Below, piece after piece: positions 33,661-44,112 of a stretch of DNA of 64,000 nt. How positions within the stretch are numbered: the stretch's first letter is position 1; every line of letters begins with the position of its first letter. Under the pieces are notes generated by a model. That model ran no database searches. It saw only the letters and a program-made list of their open reading frames with translations, and was not told where the DNA came from. A program made the translations under genes and the position numbers. The stretch spans positions 45,865-109,864 of the forward strand of contig CAWGJT010000007.1 of assembly GCA_963822965.1 (NCBI GenBank), read 5' to 3'. The DNA is from an uncultured delta proteobacterium. Lineage in GTDB: Bacteria > Myxococcota_A > UBA9160 > UBA4427.

Positions 33661-33714
33661 CGAAGTCGGGGATCCCAGTCCGACTCGATTCGATCGAGCT
33701 CGAGGACGCGTTGC

Positions 33715-33968
33715 TCAGGGGTGGACCAGTCCGAGGGCCACGGCCCGCGCGGCGGCCTGTGAGCGCGAGCCCGCGCCCAGCTTGCGAATAGCCGCCGCGA
33801 GGTGCAGGTCCACCGTCTTGTGCGACAGGTTCAGGCGGTCGGCGATCTGATCGCTCGTGAGCCCGGCCGCAACCCAGGTCAGGCATTCGTGCTGGCGCGG
33901 CGAGAGCGGCTGAAGGGCCTCGGGGGCCGCGTCTTCACCGGGAATGTGACCACGCGCTCGGTGCTCAT
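33715..33968 (-). CDS. stand-alone LuxR-type HTH regulator (frameshift, probably in the G-run near 33924)
   Basis: LSPRQHECLTWVAAGLTSDQIADRLNLSHKTVDLHLAAAIRKLGAGSRSQAAARAVALGLV*. Not in the ORF track. Confidence 0.8.
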
Positions 33969-33972
33969 GCCC

Positions 33973-34614
33973 TCACTCCTGGACCGCGTCCCCGGGCGCA
34001 TAGACCCAGGGTCGACGGACGCGGTCGGCCGACTGGAAGGCAGCGATCTCCGCCTCGCGCCGGCTCGTCAGACCGATGTCGTCGAGCCCCTCGAGCAGTC
34101 CCTCGCGGCGCAGGGGGTTGACCTCGAAGGGCACGCGATCGCCCGCTGGCGTCGTCACCTCGCAGCGCTCGAGGTCGACGATGAAGCGCGCGTCGGGCTC
34201 GCGCGCCAGCTCGGCGAACGCTTCGACCGTCTCGAGCGGGAGCACGATCGGTAGCACCCCGCGCTGGAAGCAGTTGCCGAAGAAGATGTCGCCGAAGCTC
34301 GGTGCGATGATCACGCGGAAGCCCATACCGCGAATCACCCAGACCGCGGGCTCGCGCGAGCTCCCGCAGCCGAAGTTCTCGCCGGCGAGCAGGATCTGGG
34401 CTCCGCGATATGTCGCATGGTTCAGCACGAAGTCGGAGCTCTCGGGCCCGTCGGCGCCCTCCGGTCCGTAGCGCAGCGGCTCGAACGCGTAGCGCGAGAG
34501 ATCGTCGCCTCGCCGGACGCTCACGATCCGGCGCATGGGGATGATGACGTCGGTATCGACGTTCTGGAGCATCAGCGGAGCTGCGATGCTCTCGACGCGC
34601 GCGAACCTCTCCAC
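33973..34614 (-). CDS. leuD: 3-isopropylmalate dehydratase small subunit (or paralog)
   Basis: NVDTDVIIP, NFGCGSSRE, SFGDIFFGN, LLEGLDDIG. Confidence 0.88.
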   Translation of the reverse strand: MERFARVESIAAPLMLQNVDTDVIIPMRRIVSVRRGDDLSRYAFEPLRYGPEGADGPESSDFVLNHATYRGAQILLAGENFGCGSSREPAVWVIRGMGFRVIIAPSFGDIFFGNCFQRGVLPIVLPLETVEAFAELAREPDARFIVDLERCEVTTPAGDRVPFEVNPLRREGLLEGLDDIGLTSRREAEIAAFQSADRVRRPWVYAPGDAVQE

Positions 34615-34627
34615 GGGCTCTCTCCTC

Positions 34628-36040
34628 CTAGTGCGCCGCGAGCTTGCGCACGTCGGTGATCGTGCCCGTCACGGCGGCCGCCGCGGCCATCGCGGGGCTC
34701 GCGAGATGGGTTCGGGCGCCCGGACCCTGGCGTCCCACGAAGTTCCGGTTCGAGGTCGAGACGCAGCGCTGGCCAGCGGGAACCGTCTCGCCGTTGGTGG
34801 CCGAGCAGGCCGAGCAGCCCGGCTCGCGCCACTCGAATCCCGCGTCGCGGAAGATCCGCGCGAGTCCCTCCGCCTCGGCGTCTCGCTTCACCGCGCGCGA
34901 GCCCGGAACGACCCACGCCGTCACGTCGGGCGCCACGCGCCGGCCGCGCACGATCGCCGCAGCCGCGCGCAGGTCCGAGAGCCGGCCGTTGGCACACGAG
35001 CCGATGAACACGCGGTCGATCGACAGTCCTTCGATCGGCTGACCCGGCGCGAGGTCCATGTAGGCGAGCGCGTCCACCCAGGCCTTGCGGCGTCCCGCGT
35101 CGGGCGCGCGCTCGGGATCGGGAACCCGCCCGTCGACGCCGATCGTGTGCTCGGGACTCGTGCCCCAGCTCACCTGCGGCGCGACGGCGCTCGCGTCGAG
35201 CGTCTCCTCTCGGTCGAAGCGCGCGTCGGGATCGCTGGCGAGCGTGCGCCAGTCGGCGAGGGCTCGTTCCCAGAGCGCACCGCGCGGCGCAAAGGGCCGG
35301 TTCTCGAGGTACGCGAACGTCGTCTCGTCGGGGGCGACGAGACCGATCTTGGCGCCCATTTCGATCGACAGGTTGCACAGCGTCATGCGTCCCTCGACGG
35401 AGAGCGCGCGCACCGCGGAGCCGGCGAACTCGATCGCATGGCCGCTGCCCGCCGCCGCGCCGAGCGTCGCGATCGCGTGCAGGATCAGGTCCTTGGGCTC
35501 GACGCCGCGACCGGGCGTGCCCTCGAAGCAGACGCGCAGGGTTCGCGGCCGCTGTTGGATGATGGTCTGGGTGGCGAGCACGTGCGCGATCTCGGTCGAG
35601 CCGATGCCCCAGGCGACCGCACCGAGTCCGCCGTGCGTGCAGGTGTGGCTGTCGCCGCAGACCAGCGTGAGGCCCGGGAGCGTCAGGCCGAGCTCGGGGC
35701 CGATCACGTGCACGATGCCCTGCTCGGGGTCGTGGATGTCGAAGAGCCGGACGCCCGCCTCGTGGCAGCCGCGCCGCAGCGCGGGGACGAGCCGCGCCCC
35801 GATGGGGCTCGAGTCGTCGTCGCGATCGGGCAGGGTGGAGACGCCGTGGTCGGGCGTCGCGAAGGTCAGCTCGGGATTGCGCAGAGCCCGTCCCTGGGCG
35901 CGCAGCGCGCCGAGCGCGCTGGGACCGGAGAGGTCGTGCAGCAGATGGCGGTCGACGTGGAGCAGGTCGAAGCCGCCGCCGAGCGGAGCCACGACGTGGA
36001 CGTCCCAGATGCGGTCGAAGATCGTGTTTCCGGCCGGCAT
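34628..36040 (-). CDS. leuC: 3-isopropylmalate dehydratase large subunit (or paralog)
   Basis: CGDSHTCTHG, FIGSCANGR, PGCSAC, STSNRNFVGRQG. Confidence 0.9.
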   Translation of the reverse strand: MPAGNTIFDRIWDVHVVAPLGGGFDLLHVDRHLLHDLSGPSALGALRAQGRALRNPELTFATPDHGVSTLPDRDDDSSPIGARLVPALRRGCHEAGVRLFDIHDPEQGIVHVIGPELGLTLPGLTLVCGDSHTCTHGGLGAVAWGIGSTEIAHVLATQTIIQQRPRTLRVCFEGTPGRGVEPKDLILHAIATLGAAAGSGHAIEFAGSAVRALSVEGRMTLCNLSIEMGAKIGLVAPDETTFAYLENRPFAPRGALWERALADWRTLASDPDARFDREETLDASAVAPQVSWGTSPEHTIGVDGRVPDPERAPDAGRRKAWVDALAYMDLAPGQPIEGLSIDRVFIGSCANGRLSDLRAAAAIVRGRRVAPDVTAWVVPGSRAVKRDAEAEGLARIFRDAGFEWREPGCSACSATNGETVPAGQRCVSTSNRNFVGRQGPGARTHLASPAMAAAAAVTGTITDVRKLAAH

Positions 36041-36078
36041 CGGCGGACTCCTCCCCGCGGATCAGCGATCGCGTGCGA

Positions 36079-37401
36079 TCACTTGCGCGTGATCTTCACC
36101 GGCAGCCGCGTGTATCCCTTCACGAAGGAAGAGAAGGTGCGGCTCGGCTCCTCCTGCACTTCGATTCGCTCGAAGCGTTGCAGGATCTCCTCCCACAGGA
36201 CGCGCAGCTGCAGCTCCGCCAGTCGACTGCCCATGCAGAAATGGATGCCGTATCCGAACGAGAGGTGCTGGACGGCGTTGCGGCGCTCGATCTCGACCGC
36301 GTTCGCGTTCTCGAAGACGTCCTCGTCCCGGTTGGCCGAGACGTACCACATCAGCAGCTGGTCGTTCTTCCGGATCGGCTTGCCCGCGAACTCGCAGTCG
36401 CGGGTCGCGGTTCTCCTCATGTACGACAGCGGCGTCTGCCAGCGAATGATCTCGGGCACCATCTTCGGCACGAGCCGGGGATCGGCGACCAGCTTGTGGA
36501 ACTGCTCGGGAAACTGGTCGAGCGCGTAGACGCTGCCCGACATCGTGTTGCGCGTGGTGTCGTTCCCGCCGACGATGAGCAGGATGAGGTTGCCGAGGTG
36601 CTCCGCGGGTGACATGTCCCGGGTGGCCTCCCCGTGCGCCAGCATCGAGACCAGGTCGTCGCCCGGCTTCTTCCTTCGCTCTTCCCAGAGCCGGGAGAAG
36701 TACTCGAGGCATTCCATCAGCTCCTGGCGCTTCTGCGTCATCGACTCGACGACGCCGCCGGGCTGCGGGATTGCGAAGACGATGTCCGACCAGCGCGTCA
36801 GCTTTCTTCGATCCTCGAACGGGAAGTCGAAGAGCGCGGCCAGCATCGTCGTAGTCAGCTCGATCGACACGGTATCGACCCAGTCGAAGGTCTCGGCTTC
36901 GGGAAGCGCGTCCAGGACCTGACGCGTGCGCTCGCGAATGGGCGGCTCGAGATTGGCGAGGTTGCGGGGCGCGACCGCGGGCTGCACGGTCCTTCGCTGC
37001 TCGTCGTGCCGCGGCGGATCCTGGGAGATGAAGGGCGGCGTGCCGACCAGCGCGCCTTCGGGAAGCGTGGCGCCGACGCGAAAGCCGAGCGTCATCCCGT
37101 GAGCCGACGAGAAGGTGTGCCAGTCGGAGCTGACCGCCTTGATGTCGTCGTACTTCGTGATCGACCAATAGCGCCCGGCGGTCTCGATCTCGTTCAGATG
37201 GACGGGATCCTCCCGACGCAATCGTTCGAAGTACTCCTGCCAGCGATTCTCGCGGAAGAGATGCGGGTTGGCCGGGTTGATCTCCTCGAGAGAGAGGTCG
37301 CGAGCCGGCGCGAAATCGCGGCCCCGATCCGCCTGCTCCTGCTCCGGGGTTCGGAACCCGGGCGGCACCGGCCGACCCAGGTCACTCGTCGTCTCACTCA
37401 C
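36079..37401 (-). CDS. cytochrome P450 (CYP153-like)
   Basis: LLIVGGNDTTRN, EIIRWQTPL, heme motif FGYGIHFCMG. Confidence 0.92.
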   Translation of the reverse strand: MSETTSDLGRPVPPGFRTPEQEQADRGRDFAPARDLSLEEINPANPHLFRENRWQEYFERLRREDPVHLNEIETAGRYWSITKYDDIKAVSSDWHTFSSAHGMTLGFRVGATLPEGALVGTPPFISQDPPRHDEQRRTVQPAVAPRNLANLEPPIRERTRQVLDALPEAETFDWVDTVSIELTTTMLAALFDFPFEDRRKLTRWSDIVFAIPQPGGVVESMTQKRQELMECLEYFSRLWEERRKKPGDDLVSMLAHGEATRDMSPAEHLGNLILLIVGGNDTTRNTMSGSVYALDQFPEQFHKLVADPRLVPKMVPEIIRWQTPLSYMRRTATRDCEFAGKPIRKNDQLLMWYVSANRDEDVFENANAVEIERRNAVQHLSFGYGIHFCMGSRLAELQLRVLWEEILQRFERIEVQEEPSRTFSSFVKGYTRLPVKITRK

Positions 37402-37838
37402 TCGAATCCTCCTCGGGGCGCTCGACGGGCTGGAGATGGACGCCCACCTTCCTCACACGTTCCTCTTGCATCCATTCGAATGGGTCGCGAATCCGACTCC
37501 AGTGGGATGATAGAGCCTCGGCGCGAGAATGGAGGCGATCGCGGCTCGCGACCGCAGACGGCATCCGGCCGCCTACGATCCCTCCGTCGCTCCCCACAGC
37601 GATACCGCCACCTCTCGTCTCATCGCGGCCCGGTCGCGGACGTAGAGCGGTCGCTTCACTGACTGGTCGATCAACGTCCGGGCGGACGACGGCGCGTCGG
37701 GGACCTACATCACCGCCTCGTCGTTTCCCGTCAACAACGACGACTGGCAGATCGTCATCAAGGACGCCCTCGGAGTCGTGCAGTTCGGGCCTTCGGGCGA
37801 AGGCCCCGGTCGAAGTAACCGAGGGCGTTCTCCTTGAT

Positions 37839-37869
37839 TGGAGCACCAGACCGGTTTCGAACCGACGAC
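37839..37869 (-). other. tRNA 3'-end-like fragment ending in CCA (att remnant)
   Basis: Minus strand gtc-gtcgg-ttcgaaa-ccggt-ctggtgct-cca: T-arm plus acceptor strand; no 5' half. Confidence 0.45.
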
Positions 37870-38054
37870 GCCACATCGGCAAAATGCGGGAAGCGCGAGA
37901 ATTCCGACGAGGTCCGGGGCACTGGAGACCTTGGGCCAGCACCAGCTCTTCCAGGCAGAGGTCCCGGCCGCACGTTGTGGCGATGTCAGCCATCCGCCGG
38001 CCGGATCCCAGTGAACTTCATCGCTCACTGACGACCCCTGTGCGACCGCGATCT

Positions 38055-40253
38055 TCAGCGATTGTGTGGAACGACGACGGTTGTGGCGCGAGTCGCCGCA
38101 TTTCCCGATGCGTCGGAGCACTCGACCGTGATCGTGTAGACCCGCCCGCTTCTGCCTCCCGCGCGCTCGGCTCGCAGCGCGACGTCCAGGTTCCCCGTGA
38201 TCTTCCAATCCGGGGCGGTCTTGCCCGAGCCTCGGCCGACGACCGGCTCGTTGCTCGTGACCGAGAGGACGTGGCACGACTCGGCGACCGATGGATCACA
38301 GACGTCGCTGGCGCTCACGGACAGGCTGACGGGCACGAACTTGTGATTCGGCGGCCACAACGACGCGGGCGTCGCGCTCAGGCTGTCGATCGACGGCGCG
38401 GTCGCGTCGACGACGCTCACGTCGGCGTCGCAAGAGTCCGAGGTGAAGCCGTCGCTGACGTCGAGATCGACGGAAAACGCGCCGGTCCCGCTGAAGGCGA
38501 CGGACGGCATCGAGCCGGTCGTGGTTCCTCCGACGAACGGCCCCGTCCACGTGTAATCGAGGGCATCCCCGTCCGGGTCACTCGATCCGGTTCCGTCCAG
38601 CATCACGACCGTGGAAGAACCGGAGCATTCGGCCTGGTAGGGGCCGTCTGCGTCGCAGACCGGCGGCCGGTTGGGAGTCAGTACATACAACTCCTGCTCG
38701 CGGAAGCCCGGACCGTTGTCCTCTCGGTTGTCGATCCACGCCCCGTAGAAGGTCCCGTCTGTGTCGCCGGGAGCTGCGCCGGAATCGGACCCCATGTAGT
38801 GATCGAAATACGCGTTGTTCGCACGGAAGTCGGAGGTCTCGCTGCTGATTCGCTCCATGGGCGAATAGCTGAAGCCGCCGTCGGTCGAGCGAACGTAGTA
38901 GACGTTCACCGTCCCGCGCGTCGCGTCGCCCGTCGTAGAGAAGAAGTGTGACTCGATCTCGCCACTGAACGGGTTGACGGCCAGGGTCGCGAGGAAGTGA
39001 TCGTTCTTCGCAGGAGCGTCGTTGCTCAGGCTGACCGTCGCCTGGACGTTGGGAAACGCGACGGCAGTCGGCGCGAGGACGGCGACGAAGCTGTCGAGCG
39101 TGTCGTCACTCGACGAGGCCGTGCACTTCGTCGTGCCGTTGTCCCGCAGGTCGCCGAAGACGACGTACACGCGGTTGTCCGGGCCTGCCTCGACGAACTG
39201 CGCGGGGCTCGGGGGCGACACGTCGGGCTCCGCAGGGATCGGGCACGCGAGCTTCTTGAAGCCGGCGGGCTGTAGCGGATCCTGGGGCGGGAAGTGGAGG
39301 TTGGCGACCACCTCGTCCCCGCCCAGCCAGGTCGCGGCGGCCGCGCAATCCTCTGCGGCAAGGCAACGGTCGATCTCGACCGTATTGGCGATCTCGTCGA
39401 CCCAGGTCACGTAGACGTCGCCGGTGGGCGTCGCCGTGACCGAGCCGGCGAAGGGGTTCGAGTTGCTGTCCGACGAAGCCACATCGACCGGCTGCGACCA
39501 GTTGTCCGGATCGTCGCAATGGGCCGGGTCGTAGATTCCGCCCGGACGCGTCTGGCATTGCGAGATGACGATCCTCGAGAACGCCCCGCTCCCGGAGGCG
39601 GGCAGGGGCGACCAGACGACGTAGAGCGTCCCGCGCTTCGGACTCCCGGGCCAGTCGTCGATCCCGAGCAGGGGCTTGTCCTGGAACGCGGCCGTGGTCG
39701 GATCGGCGGCCGGAATCGCGGTGGTGATGCTCTGGAAATCCGTGGCCCCCGGCGCGAGCCTGTTGATGACGACGTGACACATCAAGGGGTTGCCGCCCGG
39801 TACACAGTCGCGCTGGCTGGGGGAATTCTTGGTGACCGCGCCGTACCAGAAAGTGCCCTCCCGGTCTGCGACCAGCGTGGGATCGGCGATCAGGATGGAC
39901 TCGACGGTCTGGCCATCCACACCGGTCTCGCTCTGGGGAAGCACCACCGTGTCCGAGAGCAATCGGAGCACCACCGAGCCCGGCTTCATGTAGTGATCGG
40001 AGATCCATGCCGGCATCGACGCGAAGCCGATGGGATTCGTCGCCGCGACGACGCGCGACGGGTCGTTCGGTTGCACCGCAACCACCGGCTCGGTCTGGAA
40101 CCTGTCGTCCGAGCTGACGTTCTGGTCGAATGCGTCCCCGCTCACGGCCGCTCCCGCCCCGCCGCCCACGACGAGGCTGACGATGACGGTCAGGTGTGCG
40201 GCCAGCACGGCCGAGCGGATGCGGAGATTCTTCAGCGGAAAATAGAGCTTCAT
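38055..40253 (-). CDS. secreted sialidase-like (Asp-box) protein with PKD-like and C-terminal LWPPNHK Ig-like domains
   Basis: Signal peptide, QDKPLLGID, RSTDGGFSYS, LDGTGSSDPDGDALDYTW, LWPPNHK...LRAERAG. Confidence 0.7.
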   Translation of the reverse strand: MKLYFPLKNLRIRSAVLAAHLTVIVSLVVGGGAGAAVSGDAFDQNVSSDDRFQTEPVVAVQPNDPSRVVAATNPIGFASMPAWISDHYMKPGSVVLRLLSDTVVLPQSETGVDGQTVESILIADPTLVADREGTFWYGAVTKNSPSQRDCVPGGNPLMCHVVINRLAPGATDFQSITTAIPAADPTTAAFQDKPLLGIDDWPGSPKRGTLYVVWSPLPASGSGAFSRIVISQCQTRPGGIYDPAHCDDPDNWSQPVDVASSDSNSNPFAGSVTATPTGDVYVTWVDEIANTVEIDRCLAAEDCAAAATWLGGDEVVANLHFPPQDPLQPAGFKKLACPIPAEPDVSPPSPAQFVEAGPDNRVYVVFGDLRDNGTTKCTASSSDDTLDSFVAVLAPTAVAFPNVQATVSLSNDAPAKNDHFLATLAVNPFSGEIESHFFSTTGDATRGTVNVYYVRSTDGGFSYSPMERISSETSDFRANNAYFDHYMGSDSGAAPGDTDGTFYGAWIDNREDNGPGFREQELYVLTPNRPPVCDADGPYQAECSGSSTVVMLDGTGSSDPDGDALDYTWTGPFVGGTTTGSMPSVAFSGTGAFSVDLDVSDGFTSDSCDADVSVVDATAPSIDSLSATPASLWPPNHKFVPVSLSVSASDVCDPSVAESCHVLSVTSNEPVVGRGSGKTAPDWKITGNLDVALRAERAGGRSGRVYTITVECSDASGNAATRATTVVVPHNR

Positions 40254-40659
40254 GACACGGCCTCCAGGATCGACGGCGAGCGTCGGGGGGAAGCGGAAGC
40301 GCGAAGAAAACCACGACGTCCGATCTCACGACTCGGTGATCGCACCTCCGCTGGGACTCGAACTCGAAAGCGTATCGCACGCCGGGCCGCGCACGAGCGC
40401 GGACCGGCATCGCGCCGACACTCTGCGGCGAGCGGGAACTCCGATTCGCCGACGGGAATCCCCTGGCGATGCGCCTTCCCGCCACACGTGTGGTGCAAGC
40501 CTCGTCACCTCGAAGCTTCGGCGGCGACTTTCCGCCCCGGGGAGCGGGATCGAAGGCGGCCGGATCGACGAACAGAAACGAAAGCAGATCCGAGTGGTCG
40601 CCCGGAAATCCCGAGCTGTGCGAGTCTCCTGAAACGGTCGTATCGGCCGGAGAGGAGGG

Positions 40660-42270
40660 GATAAGCATCATAAGGGGATGGCGTCTGCGAGCGAGCGACG
40701 TAGAGTCCCCGAGAAGCGATAGGTTGGTGCCTCCCGGCCCCGTTGGACATCCTCGAGTTGGACGAACGACAACCCCCAACGAGAGGAGGCACCGATGGAA
40801 CGCTACATCGGGATGGACGTTCACGCCGCGAGCTGCACGCTGGCGGTGATCTCCGAGAAGGGACGCAAGCTCAAGGACTTCCCGGTCGAGACCAACGGCC
40901 AGGCGCTGGTCGAAGCGGTCCGGATGATCCCGGGGCACAAGCACCTGATCTTCGAGGAGGGCCTGCAGAGCGCCTGGCTGTACGAGACGCTGCGTCCACA
41001 CGTCGACGAGCTGGTGGTGGCCGGGATCACGGAGAGCCGGGGAGCTGAAGAGCGACAAGCGCGACGCCTACGCGCTGGCCGAGAAGCTGCGGGTGGGCAA
41101 CCTCGAGAAGAGTGTCTTCAAGGCGCCTCGGCAGTTCACCCGCCTGCGCGAGCTCTCGCGCATCCACATGACGCTGGTCGGCGACGTCGTGCGGGCGCAG
41201 TCGAGGCTCAAGAGCTTGTACCGCGCTCGCGGCGTTCCCGTCTCGGGCGAGAACGTGTATGGGATGCGTCATCGCGAGGCGTGGCAGGCTCAGCTGCCGG
41301 CCAGCGCGCAGGCGAGAGCGACGAGGCTGTACGCACACTTCGACTTCCTGCTGGAGCAGAAGGGCGAGGCGGAGGCCGACCTTCTTCGCGAGGCGAAGAA
41401 GCACCCGATCGTCGGCATCCTGGAGACGGCACCGGGCTTCGGGCCGATCCGCGCCGCTCGGCTGGTGCCCATCGTCGTGACACCGCATCGCTTTCGGACG
41501 AGGCGGCAGTTCTGGAGCTACTGCGGCCTGGGGATCGCGGGGCAGCTGCGCTGCCCAAGCGCTTGCGACGCTCTGCGTCGCCGCGTGACGCGATCGAGCT
41601 CGGACTGGGTCCAGACGGCGGACGGGGCGTGGATCAAGGCGCGGGTTCCCCAGACGAGAGGTCTGTCGCGGCAGCACAACCGCTTCCTGAAGCACATCTT
41701 CAAGGGCGCGGCGACGACGGTGATCACGCAGCGCAACAAGGATCCGATCTATGCCCGCTACCAGCGGCTCGTCGACGGCGGCACGAAGCCGACGCTCGCG
41801 AAGCTGAGCCTGGCGCGCATGATCGCAGCCACGGTGCTGCGGATGTGGAAGGACGAGGAGGAGTACGACCCCGGGCGAGCTGGCCAGTCCGCCGAGATAC
41901 CGCGAAGGCTAGGCAAGGACTCGGTCGGGGGAGTCGTCGAGAGGGCAACCACTTCATCACGCAGCGGCGAAACGTGTTCGCATGCCACGCTCGGCGTGGC
42001 CGCGGAGGTGAGCATCCGTGTTCGTCCTGGCCCACGGCCCCGAGCCCCAAGGTCCGACGGATAAGCTATGCCCCTCCGAAGAACCCAACGAAGCGATGGC
42101 CGATCGAGGCCCAGATGGAAGGATGGTTCCCACGATGCCGTGGAGAGCACAACCGCCAACGAATCGCGCTGCGATCGGCTTGCCCGCGAACCGGGTCTTC
42201 GGACCGAGTCACTCGTAGAAGCTCCGCCGCCGCTCCGGTGGAGCCACGAGCACCATCTCTCAACTCGAGA
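40660..42270 (+). mobile_element. IS110-family element (ends approximate)
   Basis: IS110 recombinase gene with a short left and a long right flanking segment. Confidence 0.7.
40795..42064 (+). CDS. IS110-family DEDD recombinase (frameshift near 41043; 48-bp in-frame insertion; true end probably near 41900)
   Basis: YIGMDVH, FEEG, KSDKRDA, PGFGPIRA, RFRTRRQFWSYCGLG motifs. Confidence 0.88.
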
Positions 42271-42353
42271 GCGCCCAGCCAGAACGGGAGCAGACGCCCG
42301 GATCAAAGAATCTGCGGCGATGGGGAAAGTGCGTCTTGCGCTCCGACCCTATG

Positions 42354-42435
42354 GAAGGACGAACAAGTCCCGTTCTGGCGCGACGTCCGGGTAGGAGCCT
42401 TATGTCAATCGCCCTCCGGGGTCCCGGCGGCGGGG
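42354..42435 (+). repeat. oriIS-like/dif-like module copy 3: ACGTCCGGGTA-GGAGCC-TTATGTCAATC at 42383-42410
   Basis: 11-6-11 architecture; right arm 8/11 identical to the E. coli XerD arm TTATGTTAAAT. Confidence 0.88.
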
Positions 42436-42521
42436 CTCGCCGGGTCGGGTGGGCTGGCGGCGGCGAAGGTCTAGACTGGCTCGCGTGGAGCCGACCATGT
42501 GGCAAGAGGGAGGACCGACTC

Positions 42522-43952
42522 GTGCTGGCTGACTCCGTGACAAGAGGGACGGCGTCCCGTCCGGTCGCGCCGTGGGGCAGTGCGCTGCTCGTGGCGCTGG
42601 GGCTCGCGGTTGCCGCCGCCGGGGTCCACTGGCCGATCCTGCACAACGGATTCGTGGGCTTCGACGATCCGACGTACGTCCTGAACGTTCCGGAGGTCAT
42701 GTCGGGGCCGAGCTGGAGCAGCGTCGGTTGGGCCTTCACCAGCATCGACGGCTCCAACTACTTCCCGGTGACCCGGCTCTCCTGGATGCTCGACGCGGGG
42801 CTCTACGGCCGAAACCCCCGTGGCTTCCACGCGACGAGCCTGGCGCTGCACGCCTTGAACGTGGCGCTCTTCTTCCTGGCGCTCTTCCGGCTCACCCGGG
42901 CGCTCGTCCCGAGCGCATTCGTGGCGGCGGTCTTCGCCGTCCACCCCCTGCACGTGGAGTCCGTGGCATGGGTGGCGGCCCGCAAGGACCTGTGGGCGGG
43001 TTTCTTCTTCTGCCTGACCCTGCTCTTCCACGAGCGACGCGCGCGGGGAACGCATCCCCTCGCGTGGAGCGTTGCCCTGGCGCTGGCGCTCGCCGCGGGC
43101 CTGCTTGCCAAGCCCGTCCTGGTGACGCTCCCCTTCCTCCTGCTGCTGCTGGACTTCTGGCCGCTGGGCCGATGGCGCAGGGGTCGGATCGCCGGTCTCT
43201 TCCGTGAGAAGGCCGCGCTCTTCGCGCTCGTCCTGGCGAGCAGCGCAATCACCCTCTTCGTGCAGGAGGGGGCCATGGCGCCGAGCGTGCTCTTCCCGCT
43301 GTCGCAGCGTCTCCTCAGCACCGCCGTCGGCTACGTGGAGTACGTCGAACGCGCGATCTTCCCGCATGATCTCGCGGTCCTGTACCCGATCGCCCGGAAT
43401 GCGGTCGTCCGTTTCTGGCTCGGGGTGCCGGCCCTGGCTGCCGTGAGCGTGATCGCGATCCACCAGAGGGATCGCTGGCCCTGGCTCTTCGTGGGTTGGT
43501 TCTGGTTCGTCGGCATGCTGGTGCCGACGACGGGGCTGGTGCAGGTGGGCACCCAGGCCACCGCCGATCGGTACGTCTATCTGCCACTCGCCGGTCTCTC
43601 GATCTGCATCGCGTGGGGGACGCGGAGTCTCCTGGCGCGCGTCCCTCCGGACGCTCTACGACCGGCGCAGGGGCTCGTGGCCGTCGTCGCGCTCGCCTGG
43701 CTCACCTTCCTGACGGTGACCACGCGGGCGCAGATCACCGTCTGGCGGAACAGTCGCACGCTCTTCGAGCACGCGGTCGCGGTGACCGAGAACAACCCGG
43801 GAGCGCTGTATCGGCTCGGGCTGCTCGAGCAGCAGCTGGGAGAGCGCGCCAGCGCCATCGCGCACTACGAGCAGGCCCTGCGGCTGGAGCCGTCCAATCC
43901 AACAATCCGGGGGCTGCTCGAGCAGGCGCGAGGCCAGCGACGCGCTCCGTGA
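42522..43952 (+). CDS. TMTC-like GT-C glycosyltransferase with C-terminal TPR
   Basis: FDD motif, VHPLHVESVAWVAARKD, ADRYVYLP, many TM helices, one TPR. Confidence 0.8.
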   Translation: MLADSVTRGTASRPVAPWGSALLVALGLAVAAAGVHWPILHNGFVGFDDPTYVLNVPEVMSGPSWSSVGWAFTSIDGSNYFPVTRLSWMLDAGLYGRNPRGFHATSLALHALNVALFFLALFRLTRALVPSAFVAAVFAVHPLHVESVAWVAARKDLWAGFFFCLTLLFHERRARGTHPLAWSVALALALAAGLLAKPVLVTLPFLLLLLDFWPLGRWRRGRIAGLFREKAALFALVLASSAITLFVQEGAMAPSVLFPLSQRLLSTAVGYVEYVERAIFPHDLAVLYPIARNAVVRFWLGVPALAAVSVIAIHQRDRWPWLFVGWFWFVGMLVPTTGLVQVGTQATADRYVYLPLAGLSICIAWGTRSLLARVPPDALRPAQGLVAVVALAWLTFLTVTTRAQITVWRNSRTLFEHAVAVTENNPGALYRLGLLEQQLGERASAIAHYEQALRLEPSNPTIRGLLEQARGQRRAP

Positions 43953-44112
43953 AGGCCCCGGCTACGCCCGCGTCTCGACGTCGGACCGGCGGGTCGAAGA
44001 CCTCGCGACCCGACCCGCTCGGCGCAAGCCGGTCGCGATCGACGGTCGGCCGCGTCGCCCGGGCCTCACGAAGCCTGCCGCTCCTCGATGCGCACCCCGC
44101 TCTCCGCGGAGG

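Noticed and set aside
37905..37990. AGGTCCGGGGC and AGGTCCCGGCC...TTGTGGCGATG as further dif-like sites
   Set aside because: The right arm or spacing does not fit, and the leader and tail are absent.
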